In this document: positions 19,212 to 29,222 of the stretch, piece by piece
How the letters are laid out: each line of letters opens with the position of its first letter
Position numbering within the stretch: position 1 is the first letter of the stretch
Source of the DNA: an uncultured Clostridia bacterium
Lineage (GTDB): Bacteria > Bacillota > Clostridia > Oscillospirales > CAG-272
Reading direction: 5' to 3'
Assembly (NCBI GenBank): GCA_944381085.1
Contig: CALWJX010000001.1
Location: 83,428-147,427 of the forward strand
Length of the DNA stretch: 64,000 bases
Made by a program: the position numbers and the translations under genes
Notes under the pieces: generated by a model
The model's input: only the letters and a program-made list of their open reading frames with translations
Database searches by the model: none
What the model was told of the DNA's origin: nothing

Positions 19212-21173
19212 TCATTTGCCGAAATGTTCGGGAAGCACTGAACCGAAGCAGACATAATGCTCGGAGCAGGTGGGCTCTTTGGAGAAAATGAGGTTATATT
19301 TCGCGTCCGCGTTTACTCTTGTCAGCCTGAAAAGAATTCTGTTTATGCCTTTTTTCAGCTTTATATTCTGTATGTGCACATTTTCGGCGTTCCACGTGTC
19401 GCACCCGTCTCTCCGCGCGACAAGTTCACCGTTTATCATGAGCGAGAAAGGAGAGCTGTGTCCTATCTGAGCGCAGACCGTCATATCTTCGGGGGAAATC
19501 AGTTCTCTTGCCAGATATATCACCGAGGGACCGTAGAATGAGCAGATATCATCCATGCGGAAACTGTCTTCTCTTTGATAAAACACACTTTCTTCATATT
19601 TGGTGTTTGCGTTTTCGTCAAAGGGGGCAAAGCACTCGTCAAACGTCATGTATTCGGTGTCGGTGTCGGCGGCGAAGTTGAGGTGGAATCTGCGTACCAC
19701 ATCCGTCATGTCCCCGTCGTATTTAACCGACGATATTATGTTCCAGTATTTAAGGTCTGATTTTCGCAGAAGCTCTGTTGTGCATATCGGGTCTGTGCGC
19801 CAAATCGGACCTATCGCTTTCCACGGAGTCGCGCCGACGGCTCCGAAGGTAAATACCTGGGGTTTTCCGCATATATCGGCAGATACTGTAATCAGATTTT
19901 TGTCGTATATGTTCTTTTCTTTCGGATCGCATGAAACCGTAATCTCTTTATATTTACACTCATGAGGAGTAACGGAAAGAGAAAAACTGTCCGAGATTCC
20001 CGCTCCGCTTACCGAAACCTCCGCGTTTACCGTGGCTTGGGAAATATTCTCAAATTTTATTTTTACCTCACACGGTTTGCCGGGGTAGAATACGGGGTCG
20101 TCGTTTTCGTATTCCGCGCTTATGCGGAGAGGGTATTGCGATAATTCAAATACGCCCGCAGAGATATTCCGTTGAGCTTCCGCCTTATCATTGGCGCCCG
20201 AAATGACGTCCGGACACCATTGTGCTCCGAGCAGCGCGATATCCTCCGCAAGGTCCTTGACGCTGTCGCTTCTTCTGTCAGAGCGGACGCCGAGCACATA
20301 TTTGACGTCTCCGAGGCTGTATTCGTCAATCAGACTTTGCGCGCCTCTTATGACTCCTATTACCGCTCCCGCGGTGGCGCAGGTGCAGTCGGTGTCAAAC
20401 CCGCAGTTGAGCGCGTCCATGCCGGTCTTTATTATATCAAGATTGCCTTTTAACAGAGAGAGCAGGGTAATGCCTATGTTCTGGTACAGGTTTGTGCAGT
20501 CGGGGTGACCGTATTTTTTCAGAATTTTGCGCAGGATGAGCTTTATGTCGTCGTATTTTGCGCACAACTCCAGAGTATCCGTGACCAAACCGTAAAAGCG
20601 GCTGTCTTTCGGAACAAATTCGAGTCCGATGCTTATAAGCTTTGAGAGCCCGCTTTCAAAAAACGCTTCCGACTCAAGCGCTGCGAAAAATTTTTCGGCG
20701 CTCACGCTGTCTCCGCTGTGGTCGAGTACGCCGTCTCTTGAGGCGTATTCCGCGGCTTTTTCGGGGTCTCCCGGAGCGAGACAAGCCCAGATTTCGGAAC
20801 GTATCGGACATCCCATACCGTTTATGTAAAAATCGTTGCAGAATTTTCCGGAAAGAGGCGGATATATGCCGCGCATGTAATTTTTTCTCATCACCGCATA
20901 TTCGCCGGGACTGTAGTCGCAGTTTTCGACAAACCGACGCAGCAGGTCGTATGATGTGAAGTTCTTTCCGTATTTTTCGGCGACGTCAAGCCAGAGCACC
21001 TGCAAATCGAGGTCGTCGTTCGGAAGCATTGCGTCTATCATGGAACGCTCGAAGGGAAGTTCCATCGGCATTTTAATTCCTTCAAACGGAGCGCCGAGAG
21101 TGCCTACCACGGTCTTGCCCAGAAAGCAGCCGTATACTTTGTTCAGGTATTCGCTGTAAGACAAATTTTTCAT
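19212..21173 (-). CDS. ADP-ribosylglycohydrolase-family protein with a large C-terminal extension
   Basis: GCFLGKTVVGTLGAPFEG, DDLDLQ and GFDTDCTCATAGAVIG motifs. 653 aa, about twice the size of the core domain. Confidence 0.75.
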   Translation of the reverse strand: MKNLSYSEYLNKVYGCFLGKTVVGTLGAPFEGIKMPMELPFERSMIDAMLPNDDLDLQVLWLDVAEKYGKNFTSYDLLRRFVENCDYSPGEYAVMRKNYMRGIYPPLSGKFCNDFYINGMGCPIRSEIWACLAPGDPEKAAEYASRDGVLDHSGDSVSAEKFFAALESEAFFESGLSKLISIGLEFVPKDSRFYGLVTDTLELCAKYDDIKLILRKILKKYGHPDCTNLYQNIGITLLSLLKGNLDIIKTGMDALNCGFDTDCTCATAGAVIGVIRGAQSLIDEYSLGDVKYVLGVRSDRRSDSVKDLAEDIALLGAQWCPDVISGANDKAEAQRNISAGVFELSQYPLRISAEYENDDPVFYPGKPCEVKIKFENISQATVNAEVSVSGAGISDSFSLSVTPHECKYKEITVSCDPKEKNIYDKNLITVSADICGKPQVFTFGAVGATPWKAIGPIWRTDPICTTELLRKSDLKYWNIISSVKYDGDMTDVVRRFHLNFAADTDTEYMTFDECFAPFDENANTKYEESVFYQREDSFRMDDICSFYGPSVIYLARELISPEDMTVCAQIGHSSPFSLMINGELVARRDGCDTWNAENVHIQNIKLKKGINRILFRLTRVNADAKYNLIFSKEPTCSEHYVCFGSVLPEHFGK

Positions 21174-21222
21174 GTTATTTACCCATCCTTAGAAAAATTT
21201 ATTTTTTAAAACCTATTATCGG

Positions 21223-23061
21223 TTATTCATAAAAACTCATTGCTTTTTCAAGCTGATCTCTGAAAAAGGAGGGACGGTTTGCAATAAAACGTCTGATTTC
21301 CGAGTTGCAGCTGCCCCAGGTCTTGATTGTATATGAGGAGGCGTAAGTGCCTTGCCAGCGGTCAAGGTGTCTGCTTATTTCGGGCTTGACTTCCTCCACT
21401 GTCCGAGAAAGCAGATTTTTCAGCGCGTCCGTGTTTTCCGTGTTTGATATGACAAGACAGTAATCATAGAATTTTTCTCGGAATTCATCGTTTTTAAGCA
21501 GGAAGTCGAGCAGTCCCTGAAGTCCCAGCGCGTCAGCGTACAATTTGGTTTCTCCGCTGTCGGGATATTCGTAATCGAGATAATTGCCGAGTGTACGGTA
21601 AAATGTATCAACGCTGTATACCGTGTCAAGCTCGGACGTCACATACGGTGAGTTGTATCTTCCGAAAGTGAAATCCATGTCACGGTACATAAATCTCCAT
21701 TTACCGTCGGTTATTTCTATGCCCTCTATCGGCTCGCCGGTGTATTTCCACAGCTTTACATTGTTGTGCGGCCAGTCCGTATTGCACAGGTAAAGGTTTA
21801 TGGCATAATATTCGATCAGGTTGTCAAGGTCAATTTCAGCCTCTATCTCGGCATATATTTCGTCATAATTTTTATCTGTCGCGTCGGCGGCTTTTTCACA
21901 AAGTTCTTCCCATTCGTCAATATAATTTTCCTGACCTTCATCGGTTTCGTAATAGAACCATGAGCCGCAGTAACGGCACGCGCCACCTCCGGTTCCTCTG
22001 TGACGGCGGCATTCTCTGGTTGTGTCGAGCTCGCTTTTCAGTACAACCACATCGTTGTCATCCACTCCGTAAACATTTTTTACAAAGTCTTCGTTCATGT
22101 TTTCGCGCATGTCGAGAATTCCGTAATATTCACCGTTGACGTAAACCGCCGCAAACTGCGAGCAGGCGTAATCAAAGCTTTCCGAAACCTGCGCGGCGAA
22201 CCTGTTTGACAGGCTGTCACGCAACAGATTTGGTTTGAGCGGGTCGCAGGCGGTTGCCTGAATTGAGTCGTTTCCGCCGTTTCTGAGTATGAAGCTGTCG
22301 TACTTTTGGAGCACCATCCCCGCGTCCTTGCCCGATTTGATTATTCTGTCTTCAAAAAGAGGATATGAAAAACTTCCTTTGCCCGTATAAATATCGCTGC
22401 CGAGCTTATCTTCGTTTCTCGCGTTTATCTTAAAGGACTTTTGCGAGAGAGCCCTTGAAGAACCGCCGAAAATTTTAAGACCCGTATCCTGCGAGATTAC
22501 GGTCTGTCCGTCGGGTGTTATAATCTCGGTATGAGAGGGTATTTCAATGTCGGAATTGTAATTTGCTGTCAGTCTGTCAAGGTCCGAGGTGTGCGCGGTT
22601 ATGGATACGGTCCACAGTGTTGACGCGACGCTGTCTTTAAGTATATATGAGTGGGTGATAACTTTACCGGCAGGATCGCTTTCCTTGCCGAAGCACGCGG
22701 CGCGGATGACGGTTGAATCCTCACGGGACAGCAGTGTTATAGGCTCGGAATATTTTTCGGACCTTTTTGTCGGAATCGAGCCGTCGGTTGTATAATATAT
22801 ATCGTAGCCCGTGACTCCGTTTGGCAGAGAAAGGGTCAGGGTCTGTCTTTCGGTGAAGATACCTCCGGTTACCGAAAAGACAGGGTTGATATAGCTTTCA
22901 AATGTATCAACAACCTCAGAGTTTTCCGTAGACTCCTCGCTTACGGATTCCGCGGAGGTCATACTTTCGGAGCTGGGAGCGTTGTCGTTATTTTCCCTGC
23001 AGGAAGCAAGCGCGGCAATTAATATGACCGGACAGAGCAGGGCGCAAACAATTTTTTTCAT
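21223..23061 (-). CDS. CotH-like kinase-family lipoprotein
   Basis: Lipobox LAS-C after the signal peptide. LRNGGNDS, NTDWPHNNVKLWKY and YRDMDFTFG resemble CotH. ATG 23061 is preferred because the GTG at 23070 overlaps the RBS. Confidence 0.75.
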   Translation of the reverse strand: MKKIVCALLCPVILIAALASCRENNDNAPSSESMTSAESVSEESTENSEVVDTFESYINPVFSVTGGIFTERQTLTLSLPNGVTGYDIYYTTDGSIPTKRSEKYSEPITLLSREDSTVIRAACFGKESDPAGKVITHSYILKDSVASTLWTVSITAHTSDLDRLTANYNSDIEIPSHTEIITPDGQTVISQDTGLKIFGGSSRALSQKSFKINARNEDKLGSDIYTGKGSFSYPLFEDRIIKSGKDAGMVLQKYDSFILRNGGNDSIQATACDPLKPNLLRDSLSNRFAAQVSESFDYACSQFAAVYVNGEYYGILDMRENMNEDFVKNVYGVDDNDVVVLKSELDTTRECRRHRGTGGGACRYCGSWFYYETDEGQENYIDEWEELCEKAADATDKNYDEIYAEIEAEIDLDNLIEYYAINLYLCNTDWPHNNVKLWKYTGEPIEGIEITDGKWRFMYRDMDFTFGRYNSPYVTSELDTVYSVDTFYRTLGNYLDYEYPDSGETKLYADALGLQGLLDFLLKNDEFREKFYDYCLVISNTENTDALKNLLSRTVEEVKPEISRHLDRWQGTYASSYTIKTWGSCNSEIRRFIANRPSFFRDQLEKAMSFYE

Positions 23062-23215
23062 ATAAAACACCTTTCAAAAAATTATTTTGGAAGTTTCAAT
23101 AATGGGCAAATCCGCGTCATTCAAGGCTTTCGGCGGGAGATCGTATCTCTACGTCGAAAAAATAAAGCGGCAAGACATTTTAATTTAGTTATATATAACC
23201 TGAAAAATCCGAGAG

Positions 23216-24574
23216 TCACATTATGTCATCGGCATTATCGGTTTTTTCCGATGACGGCTGGGAAGCGGAGATCTCAAGCAGTGTGTCGGATTCACCGGGG
23301 CTGACCGATTCAACCGATTTGAGCTTTTTCTGTATCATGTCGTTGCGGTGCTGCGCTTCTTCAAGCGAGTGCTTGGCTTCGTCGATTTTCTTTCCGGCTT
23401 TTTGCAGCAGATTTCCGAATGTATCATACTGTGTCTTTACGGCTGAGAGCAGCTTGCGCACCTCGGTGGCTTTTTCGTTTATGGCGGCTATCCTGAAGCC
23501 CATAGCCAGCGAATTGAGAAGCGCGGTGACGGTAGTGGGTCCCGCTATCATAATGCCGAAGGAATTCTGAAGTTTTTCGGGCAGACCGCTTGGGGAAGAG
23601 GCGATTTCGGCGTAGAGACCTTCGGAGGCAAGATACATTATGGCAAAAGGAGTGGTTTTTGGGACCTGTATGTATTTTTTGATATCTTTCGCCTCTTTCA
23701 GAACTCTTTCCTCAAGGTCATGTCTGGCTTTGGCGACTCCTTCCGGATCGGCGCGATCGGCTGCGTCGCAGAGTCGTATGTAGTCCTCGACCGGGAACTT
23801 GGAATCCACGGGGAGATATGTTACCTGACCGTTTGAGTCTGCGGACGGTATTTTTATGGCGAATTCGACACGCTCTCTGCTTCTTTCTTCGGGCGCGAAG
23901 TTTTCAACATACATGCCCGGAATCGTCTGGTCGAGTATGTTTTTAAGCTGGACTTCCGCCCATGTCCCCCTCGCCTTTACATTGGACAGAACACGGTTGA
24001 GTACCGATACGTTGTCGGTTATACCGCTTGACATTTCTTTCATCTCTCCCAAGGCGCGATACAGGTTTTCCAATTGCTCGGATACGGTTTTGAAGGATGT
24101 GTCGAGTCTCTGGGTCAATGTGTTTGTGAGCTTTTCATCAACTACGCCGCGCATTTCATCAAGCTTTTTTTCGTTGCTCTGACGTATTCTTTCGAGAGCC
24201 GTTTCTATTTTTATGTTCTGCTTATCGGCAAGCGTTGCGGAACTGTCACGAATATCGGTCAGTTGTCTGTTGAGTTCCGATGATATACGGTGCAGATATT
24301 CCGCGTTGGACTCGGTGAGCTTTCCGACGCGCTCATATATGTCTTTGAGCTTTGAGGAAACCTCATCCCTTTGCAGCTTGCTTTGGGTTTGCAGTTCGCC
24401 CCGGTTTCTTGAAAATTCATTGTATAGGGATTCTTTGAGTTCTTTGAGCATTTCTTCGGTTCGCTCTGACTCTTTGCCGTCGGTTTGCATTCCGTGAAGT
24501 TTTATAAGATAAAAAAGACATCCCATGGAAATAAAAAGAGACAGGGCGCAAAGTATAATAATTATTATATCCAT
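23216..24574 (-). CDS. rmuC: DNA recombination protein RmuC
   Basis: N-terminal TM, long coiled-coil, and a C-terminal nuclease-like region (FAIMYLASEGLYAE). Confidence 0.85.
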   Translation of the reverse strand: MDIIIIILCALSLFISMGCLFYLIKLHGMQTDGKESERTEEMLKELKESLYNEFSRNRGELQTQSKLQRDEVSSKLKDIYERVGKLTESNAEYLHRISSELNRQLTDIRDSSATLADKQNIKIETALERIRQSNEKKLDEMRGVVDEKLTNTLTQRLDTSFKTVSEQLENLYRALGEMKEMSSGITDNVSVLNRVLSNVKARGTWAEVQLKNILDQTIPGMYVENFAPEERSRERVEFAIKIPSADSNGQVTYLPVDSKFPVEDYIRLCDAADRADPEGVAKARHDLEERVLKEAKDIKKYIQVPKTTPFAIMYLASEGLYAEIASSPSGLPEKLQNSFGIMIAGPTTVTALLNSLAMGFRIAAINEKATEVRKLLSAVKTQYDTFGNLLQKAGKKIDEAKHSLEEAQHRNDMIQKKLKSVESVSPGESDTLLEISASQPSSEKTDNADDIM

Positions 24575-24871
24575 ATTAATCTCCGTTGATAATATAATCC
24601 GTGTTTAAATTAAAATAAACCTGCCGAAAACATTATAACTTAATTAAGATTCCTTGCCGGGTGATTTTTTCGACAGTGAGATACAATATCCGACCGAAAA
24701 AACTGAATGACGGGACTTTGACCCTTATTGAAACTACGGATTTTACATTGTGGATTTTTCTGAGCTGTATACAATTATACCATATACAACTCTGTTTGTC
24801 AGCAACTTTTGAAAATAAAATTTTTTAATTTTCTGTGATGATTTTTTGTTTAAGAAAAATAAAAAAAGTAC

Positions 24872-24899
24872 TTGACTTTGTTTCTGATTCTGATATAAT
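24872..24899 (+). promoter_or_regulatory. Sigma-A promoter
   Basis: TTGACT (24872-24877), 16 nt, extended -10 TGaTATAAT (TATAAT at 24894-24899). Confidence 0.6.
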
Positions 24900-25041
24900 G
24901 TATACAACGGTTCAACGCTTTGATTATCAAAGCCGTCGGGTTTCTTTGTATTATTATAAGGAACAACAAAAGCGTCAAGCTTATTTTGGCTTTCCTTTAA
25001 ATAAAAAATATTCTTTTGTAAACACAGGGGGGACAACGCAT

Positions 25042-26496
25042 ATGAAAATTACAAAAATAGTTGCGTCGGAAGTATTGACTCTGTATACCGATTCCAATAT
25101 CGGCGGAAAGGTATACATAAAATATTTTTCACCCGCGCTTGCGGAAAAAAACGTATTGTGCGAAAAAGAGTCTGAGGTGAAAGACGGTGTTATTGTCTGT
25201 GACAGATTTGAGGGCGGCAGAGATCTGATGTACTGCAGAATCGCCGTGACGGATGAAAACGGAAAACCTGTCGAAGGCAAGGAATATGTCGAGGAAATCC
25301 TTGACTCTGAAAGAAGCTTTGATTATCCTGTCGCGGATACCAAAAAGGGGCTTCAGGTAACTATGGTCAAGGATGCGGTGGAACTTGGCGTGAGACATGC
25401 CGCGCTCAATGTGAACCTCGGGGATTTTTTAATGCCCGCGCCTGACGGAGACAATACAATTGAGTTTATATTTGACGGCAAAATTTATTACATAAACAAA
25501 AAAATCGCGGAAAAAAACGACGCCAAGGTCAAAGAGCTTTCTGACAACGGAATTATCATAACCTTTATCCTGCTCAACAGCAAGCATTGGACGACAACCG
25601 TAAGCGATGAATTCTGGAATATAATAAAGCACCCCGGATATACGCCTGACGGGCTTATTTCACAGTTCAACGTTATGGAAGAACAGGGACTTGATTACTA
25701 CAGGGCATTTGTCGCTTTTATCAGCGACAGATATACGCAGGAGGACGAGAGATACGGGCGCGCCGTAGGTTTGATTGTGGGAAACGAGATAAACAGCGGG
25801 TATGTGTGGTGTAATGCCGGTGAGATGAGCTGTGAACAATACTGTTATGAATATACCACCGCTCTGAGAATCGCGTATCAGACGTCAAGAGTCTTTTACG
25901 ATAAAATGAGAATTTATATTTCGCTCGATCATTTCTGGACCGGAGCTAACGAAAACGCGGCTCCAAACAGATATTACGGGTCAAAATTCGTGCTTGATTA
26001 TATCAACCGTTATTGCCTCGCGGAAGGTCAGATACCCTGGAATATCGCGCATCATCCGTATCCGGAAGACCTGAGATATCCCGATTTCTGGAACGATGTT
26101 TCCGCCCTTCCGAATCTCGACGCGCCAATCATAACCTTTAAGAATCTTGAGGTGCTCGCCGAATTTTTGTATCAGAAAGAATATCTTTACAACGGTGAGC
26201 GCAGACGTATAATTCTTTCCGAGCAGGGATTCAATTCGTTCTTCACACCCGAAAGCGAGATAGTTCAGGCTATGGCTTACGGCAGAGCCTACAAAAAGAT
26301 CATGCAGATACCCGAGATAGACAGCTTTATTCTTCATGCTCATCAGGATAACAAAGAAGAGTTCGGTCTGAACCTCGGTCTTTGGAGAAGAAAGCCGGAC
26401 TCCGGGGAGCTTGACGCGCCCAAGCCCGTTTATTATGTATTCAAAATGATAGACAGGAAAGATGAAAAGGGAGTATGGCATTGGGAAAGATATTGA
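25042..26496 (+). CDS. Hypothetical protein, glycoside-hydrolase-like (TIM-barrel-like, possibly DUF5722)
   Basis: ATG 25042 follows GGGGGGA. The upstream part of the track ORF contains the promoter itself. GNEINSGYVWCN and ILSEQGFNS resemble clan GH-A catalytic-strand motifs. Confidence 0.55.
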   Translation: MKITKIVASEVLTLYTDSNIGGKVYIKYFSPALAEKNVLCEKESEVKDGVIVCDRFEGGRDLMYCRIAVTDENGKPVEGKEYVEEILDSERSFDYPVADTKKGLQVTMVKDAVELGVRHAALNVNLGDFLMPAPDGDNTIEFIFDGKIYYINKKIAEKNDAKVKELSDNGIIITFILLNSKHWTTTVSDEFWNIIKHPGYTPDGLISQFNVMEEQGLDYYRAFVAFISDRYTQEDERYGRAVGLIVGNEINSGYVWCNAGEMSCEQYCYEYTTALRIAYQTSRVFYDKMRIYISLDHFWTGANENAAPNRYYGSKFVLDYINRYCLAEGQIPWNIAHHPYPEDLRYPDFWNDVSALPNLDAPIITFKNLEVLAEFLYQKEYLYNGERRRIILSEQGFNSFFTPESEIVQAMAYGRAYKKIMQIPEIDSFILHAHQDNKEEFGLNLGLWRRKPDSGELDAPKPVYYVFKMIDRKDEKGVWHWERY

Positions 26497-26639
26497 GATG
26501 TCATTGACCTGTATAACGTAATCTTATGTGGATAATAGCCGGATAGGTTAAAAGTTTAAAACAGTCTTGCTTCATGTTCGGTCTGTGCCGGGCGTGGAGA
26601 AAGACTGTTTTTGACGGAAATAACGGGAATTAAATATAT

Positions 26640-26939
26640 TTGGTAAACATAAAAGAGATAGACGGAAAGGTACGGAAAGGTGAAAAAGCGCTGTTTAAAA
26701 GCAGTGATCTGTCGGTTAAAAACTGCATATTTGAGGACGGGGAGTCTACGCTTAAGGAAAGCCGCAATATAAATATAAAGGACAGCGTTTTCAAGTGGAA
26801 GTATCCGCTCTGGTACTGCAAAAACGTCAGTGCGGAAGGCTGTGCTTTGCTTGAGACCGCGCGGGCGGGTATGTGGTATACGGACGGTATATATTTCACT
26901 GATACGGTGATTGAGGCGCCGAAAAGCTTTCGGAGATGA
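26640..26939 (+). pseudogene. Truncated DUF3737-family gene (N-terminal ~100 codons only)
   Basis: EKALFKSSDLSVKNCIFEDGESTLKESRNINIKDSVFKWKYPLWYCKNV...ARAGMWYTDGIYFTDTVIEAPKSFRR matches the N-terminal third of ~280-aa DUF3737 proteins as I recall them. A stop follows, and the next gene's promoter lies within 70 nt. Confidence 0.5.
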
Positions 26940-27002
26940 GTAATATCGGTCTTCGGAGTGAATGCGCCTTCTTATTTTTATTCAATACTTGTATCTATTG
27001 TA

Positions 27003-27031
27003 TTGACAAAGCTGCCGGGTTCGTGTATAAT
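27003..27031 (+). promoter_or_regulatory. Sigma-A promoter
   Basis: TTGACA (27003-27008), 17 nt, TATAAT (27026-27031). Confidence 0.65.
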
Positions 27032-27095
27032 ATTATAAAATCGGGTTAAAAATTTATATTTGTTTGGCAATATTTATTAAACGGAGGATTTGAAA

Positions 27096-27398
27096 ATGAT
27101 AAGACACACAATTATGTGGAAATTTGCGGAGGAATATGGGGGAATGAATAAAGAGCAGATTATGGACAGCGTTATATCGCGCCTTACCGCTCTTGAAGGC
27201 ATAATATCCCAGATTAAGGCGATGAGGCTTGAAAAAGATATTTTACATTCCGAAAGGTCTTACGATTTGATATATATTTCCGAGTTTGATTCGCTTGAGG
27301 CTCTTGAGGCGTACAGGGTACATCCGGAACATGTAAAGGTTGCGGAATTTATAAAAAATGTGAGAATCGCGCAGGCTGTCACCGATACTGAGATTTAA
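27096..27398 (+). CDS. Dabb (stress-responsive A/B barrel) family protein
   Basis: About 100 aa. MIRHTIMWKF...HPEHVKV pattern. ATG 27096 lies 8 nt after GGAGG. Confidence 0.8.
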   Translation: MIRHTIMWKFAEEYGGMNKEQIMDSVISRLTALEGIISQIKAMRLEKDILHSERSYDLIYISEFDSLEALEAYRVHPEHVKVAEFIKNVRIAQAVTDTEI

Positions 27399-27416
27399 AA
27401 AGGCGCGGAGTGAAAT

Positions 27417-28208
27417 ATGGAGGAAAATTATATCAGACCGAAATGCAGCTGTTCAAAGGAGCCGGTGGATTATATCCCGACAGACAGAATAATCGGAAAG
27501 CTGGATTCTTTATTCGCAAGAAACGACATGTCCGGAGCCGGAAGGCTTCTTAAATATTGGGAAAACGAGGCGAGAGCTTTGGGAGACAACAAGGGGCTTA
27601 TTGAAATCCTCAATGAGGAAATAGGATATTACAGACGCACAAAGGACAGGGACAGGGCGCTGAACTCGGTATATGAAGCCTTTGATTTGATAAAGGAAAT
27701 GTATGAGGAGGAAAATATATCCGCGGGAACAGTCTTTCTCAATGGGGCAACTACGCTGAAAGCTTTCGGAAGGCTTGATGAATCTTTGCCATATTACGAA
27801 AAAGCGGGGAAAATATTTGAAGATCTGCTTTCGGAAGACGATTACAGGATGGCGGCTTATTACAATAACGCGGCAGCCGCGTATGAGGAAGCGGGGAAAA
27901 CCGAAAAAGCCGCGGGGTATTATATTAAAGCAATAGGAATTTTGCAAAAGAAGGGCGACAGCCACGCCGACGCGGCGGTAAGCTTTGTAAATTTAGCGCA
28001 CCTTTATTACAGGAGCGACCCGACCGACGGAAAGATATACGAATGTATGGACAAAGCATATGACGCTATCGTTTCGGAGGCCGCCGTGCGCGACGGAGAG
28101 CTTGCGTTTACGATTTCAAAATGTATAGACGCCTTTGAATTTTTCGGATATTTTGCACTTGAAAAGGAACTTCGGCTTATAATGGAGAATATATATGAGG
28201 GGACTTGA
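27417..28208 (+). CDS. Tetratricopeptide-repeat protein
   Basis: Repeated A/Y-rich helical units (AAYYNNAAAAYEEAGKTEKAAGYYIKAI). Overlaps the next gene. Confidence 0.7.
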   Translation: MEENYIRPKCSCSKEPVDYIPTDRIIGKLDSLFARNDMSGAGRLLKYWENEARALGDNKGLIEILNEEIGYYRRTKDRDRALNSVYEAFDLIKEMYEEENISAGTVFLNGATTLKAFGRLDESLPYYEKAGKIFEDLLSEDDYRMAAYYNNAAAAYEEAGKTEKAAGYYIKAIGILQKKGDSHADAAVSFVNLAHLYYRSDPTDGKIYECMDKAYDAIVSEAAVRDGELAFTISKCIDAFEFFGYFALEKELRLIMENIYEGT

Positions 28209-29124
28209 GCTTTCAAAAGCGTTTTTTGAGAGGTTCGGTCTGCCGATGCTCCGAAACGAGTTCGCGGAATACGCGGACAGAATCGCCGCTGGGCTTGTCG
28301 GTCACGGGTCAGAGTGCTTCGGATATGACGACGATATCTCTGCCGACCATGATTTTGAACCGGGTTTTTGCCTGTGGATAACCGAAGAGGACGACAGTAT
28401 ATTCGGGTTTCGTCTGATGAGGGCGTATTCAAGGCTTCCGAAAGAATTTGAGGGTATTTCTATAAAAAAACGCAGTCTGCTTGGGAGTGACGGAAAGGGT
28501 GTGCATACGATCCCGGATTTTTATAAATTTTATACCGGAAGATCCGGAGCGCCCCGGGACTGGAGAGAGTGGATGTCGATCCCCTCGCATTATCTGGCTG
28601 AGGCGGTAAACGGGGAAGTTTTTTATGACCCGATGGGGGTTTTTTCCGGAATAAGGGAAGAGATAAAAAACGGGATGCCCTTTGACGTCAGACTCAAGAA
28701 GATTGCCGCGAGAGCTGTCATGATGGCGCAGACCGGACAGTACAATTACTCAAGATGCATCTCTCACGGCGAAAAGTGCGCGGCGGAGATTGCCCTGCAC
28801 GAATTCGCTAAAGAAACCGTGCAGATGGTGTTTTTGCTCAACTCGGAGCACTGTCCGTATTATAAATGGATGTTCAGGGCGATGAAATCGCTGAGTATGC
28901 TTTCGGACGTCGCGGACAATCTTGAAAGTCTTCTGCTGTGCAATTCGGGAAATGTCGCGGGCAGAAAGCAAATGATTGAAAATATATGCGAGAAGATTGC
29001 TTCTCAATTGAAAGCTATGGAGTTGTCGGATTCGGAGGACGGTTATCTTGAGAGTCATGCGTTTTCCGTCAATTCGAAAATAAAGAACCCGGAGATAAGA
29101 AACCTTCATATTATGGAGGGTTGA
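28195..29124 (+). CDS. DUF4037-like (nucleotidyltransferase-fold-associated) protein
   Basis: GHGSECFGYDDDISADHDFEPGFCLW motif. Overlaps the TPR gene by 14 nt. Confidence 0.65.
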   Translation: MRGLELSKAFFERFGLPMLRNEFAEYADRIAAGLVGHGSECFGYDDDISADHDFEPGFCLWITEEDDSIFGFRLMRAYSRLPKEFEGISIKKRSLLGSDGKGVHTIPDFYKFYTGRSGAPRDWREWMSIPSHYLAEAVNGEVFYDPMGVFSGIREEIKNGMPFDVRLKKIAARAVMMAQTGQYNYSRCISHGEKCAAEIALHEFAKETVQMVFLLNSEHCPYYKWMFRAMKSLSMLSDVADNLESLLLCNSGNVAGRKQMIENICEKIASQLKAMELSDSEDGYLESHAFSVNSKIKNPEIRNLHIMEG

Positions 29125-29222
29125 TTATACAATTATAAAGCGGCGCTGTTTTTTATCGCCCTTACGCGAAGAAATTTTTTCGGGAAATTCCGGATTGCGG
29201 CGTCGCTGCTGAGGAAAGGACG

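Noticed and set aside
24743-25041. Minus-strand 97-aa ORF and the 69-aa N-terminal extension of the 24835 ORF
   Set aside because: This region contains a good promoter (24872-24899) and the RBS for ATG 25042. Both ORFs have low-complexity AT-rich translations.
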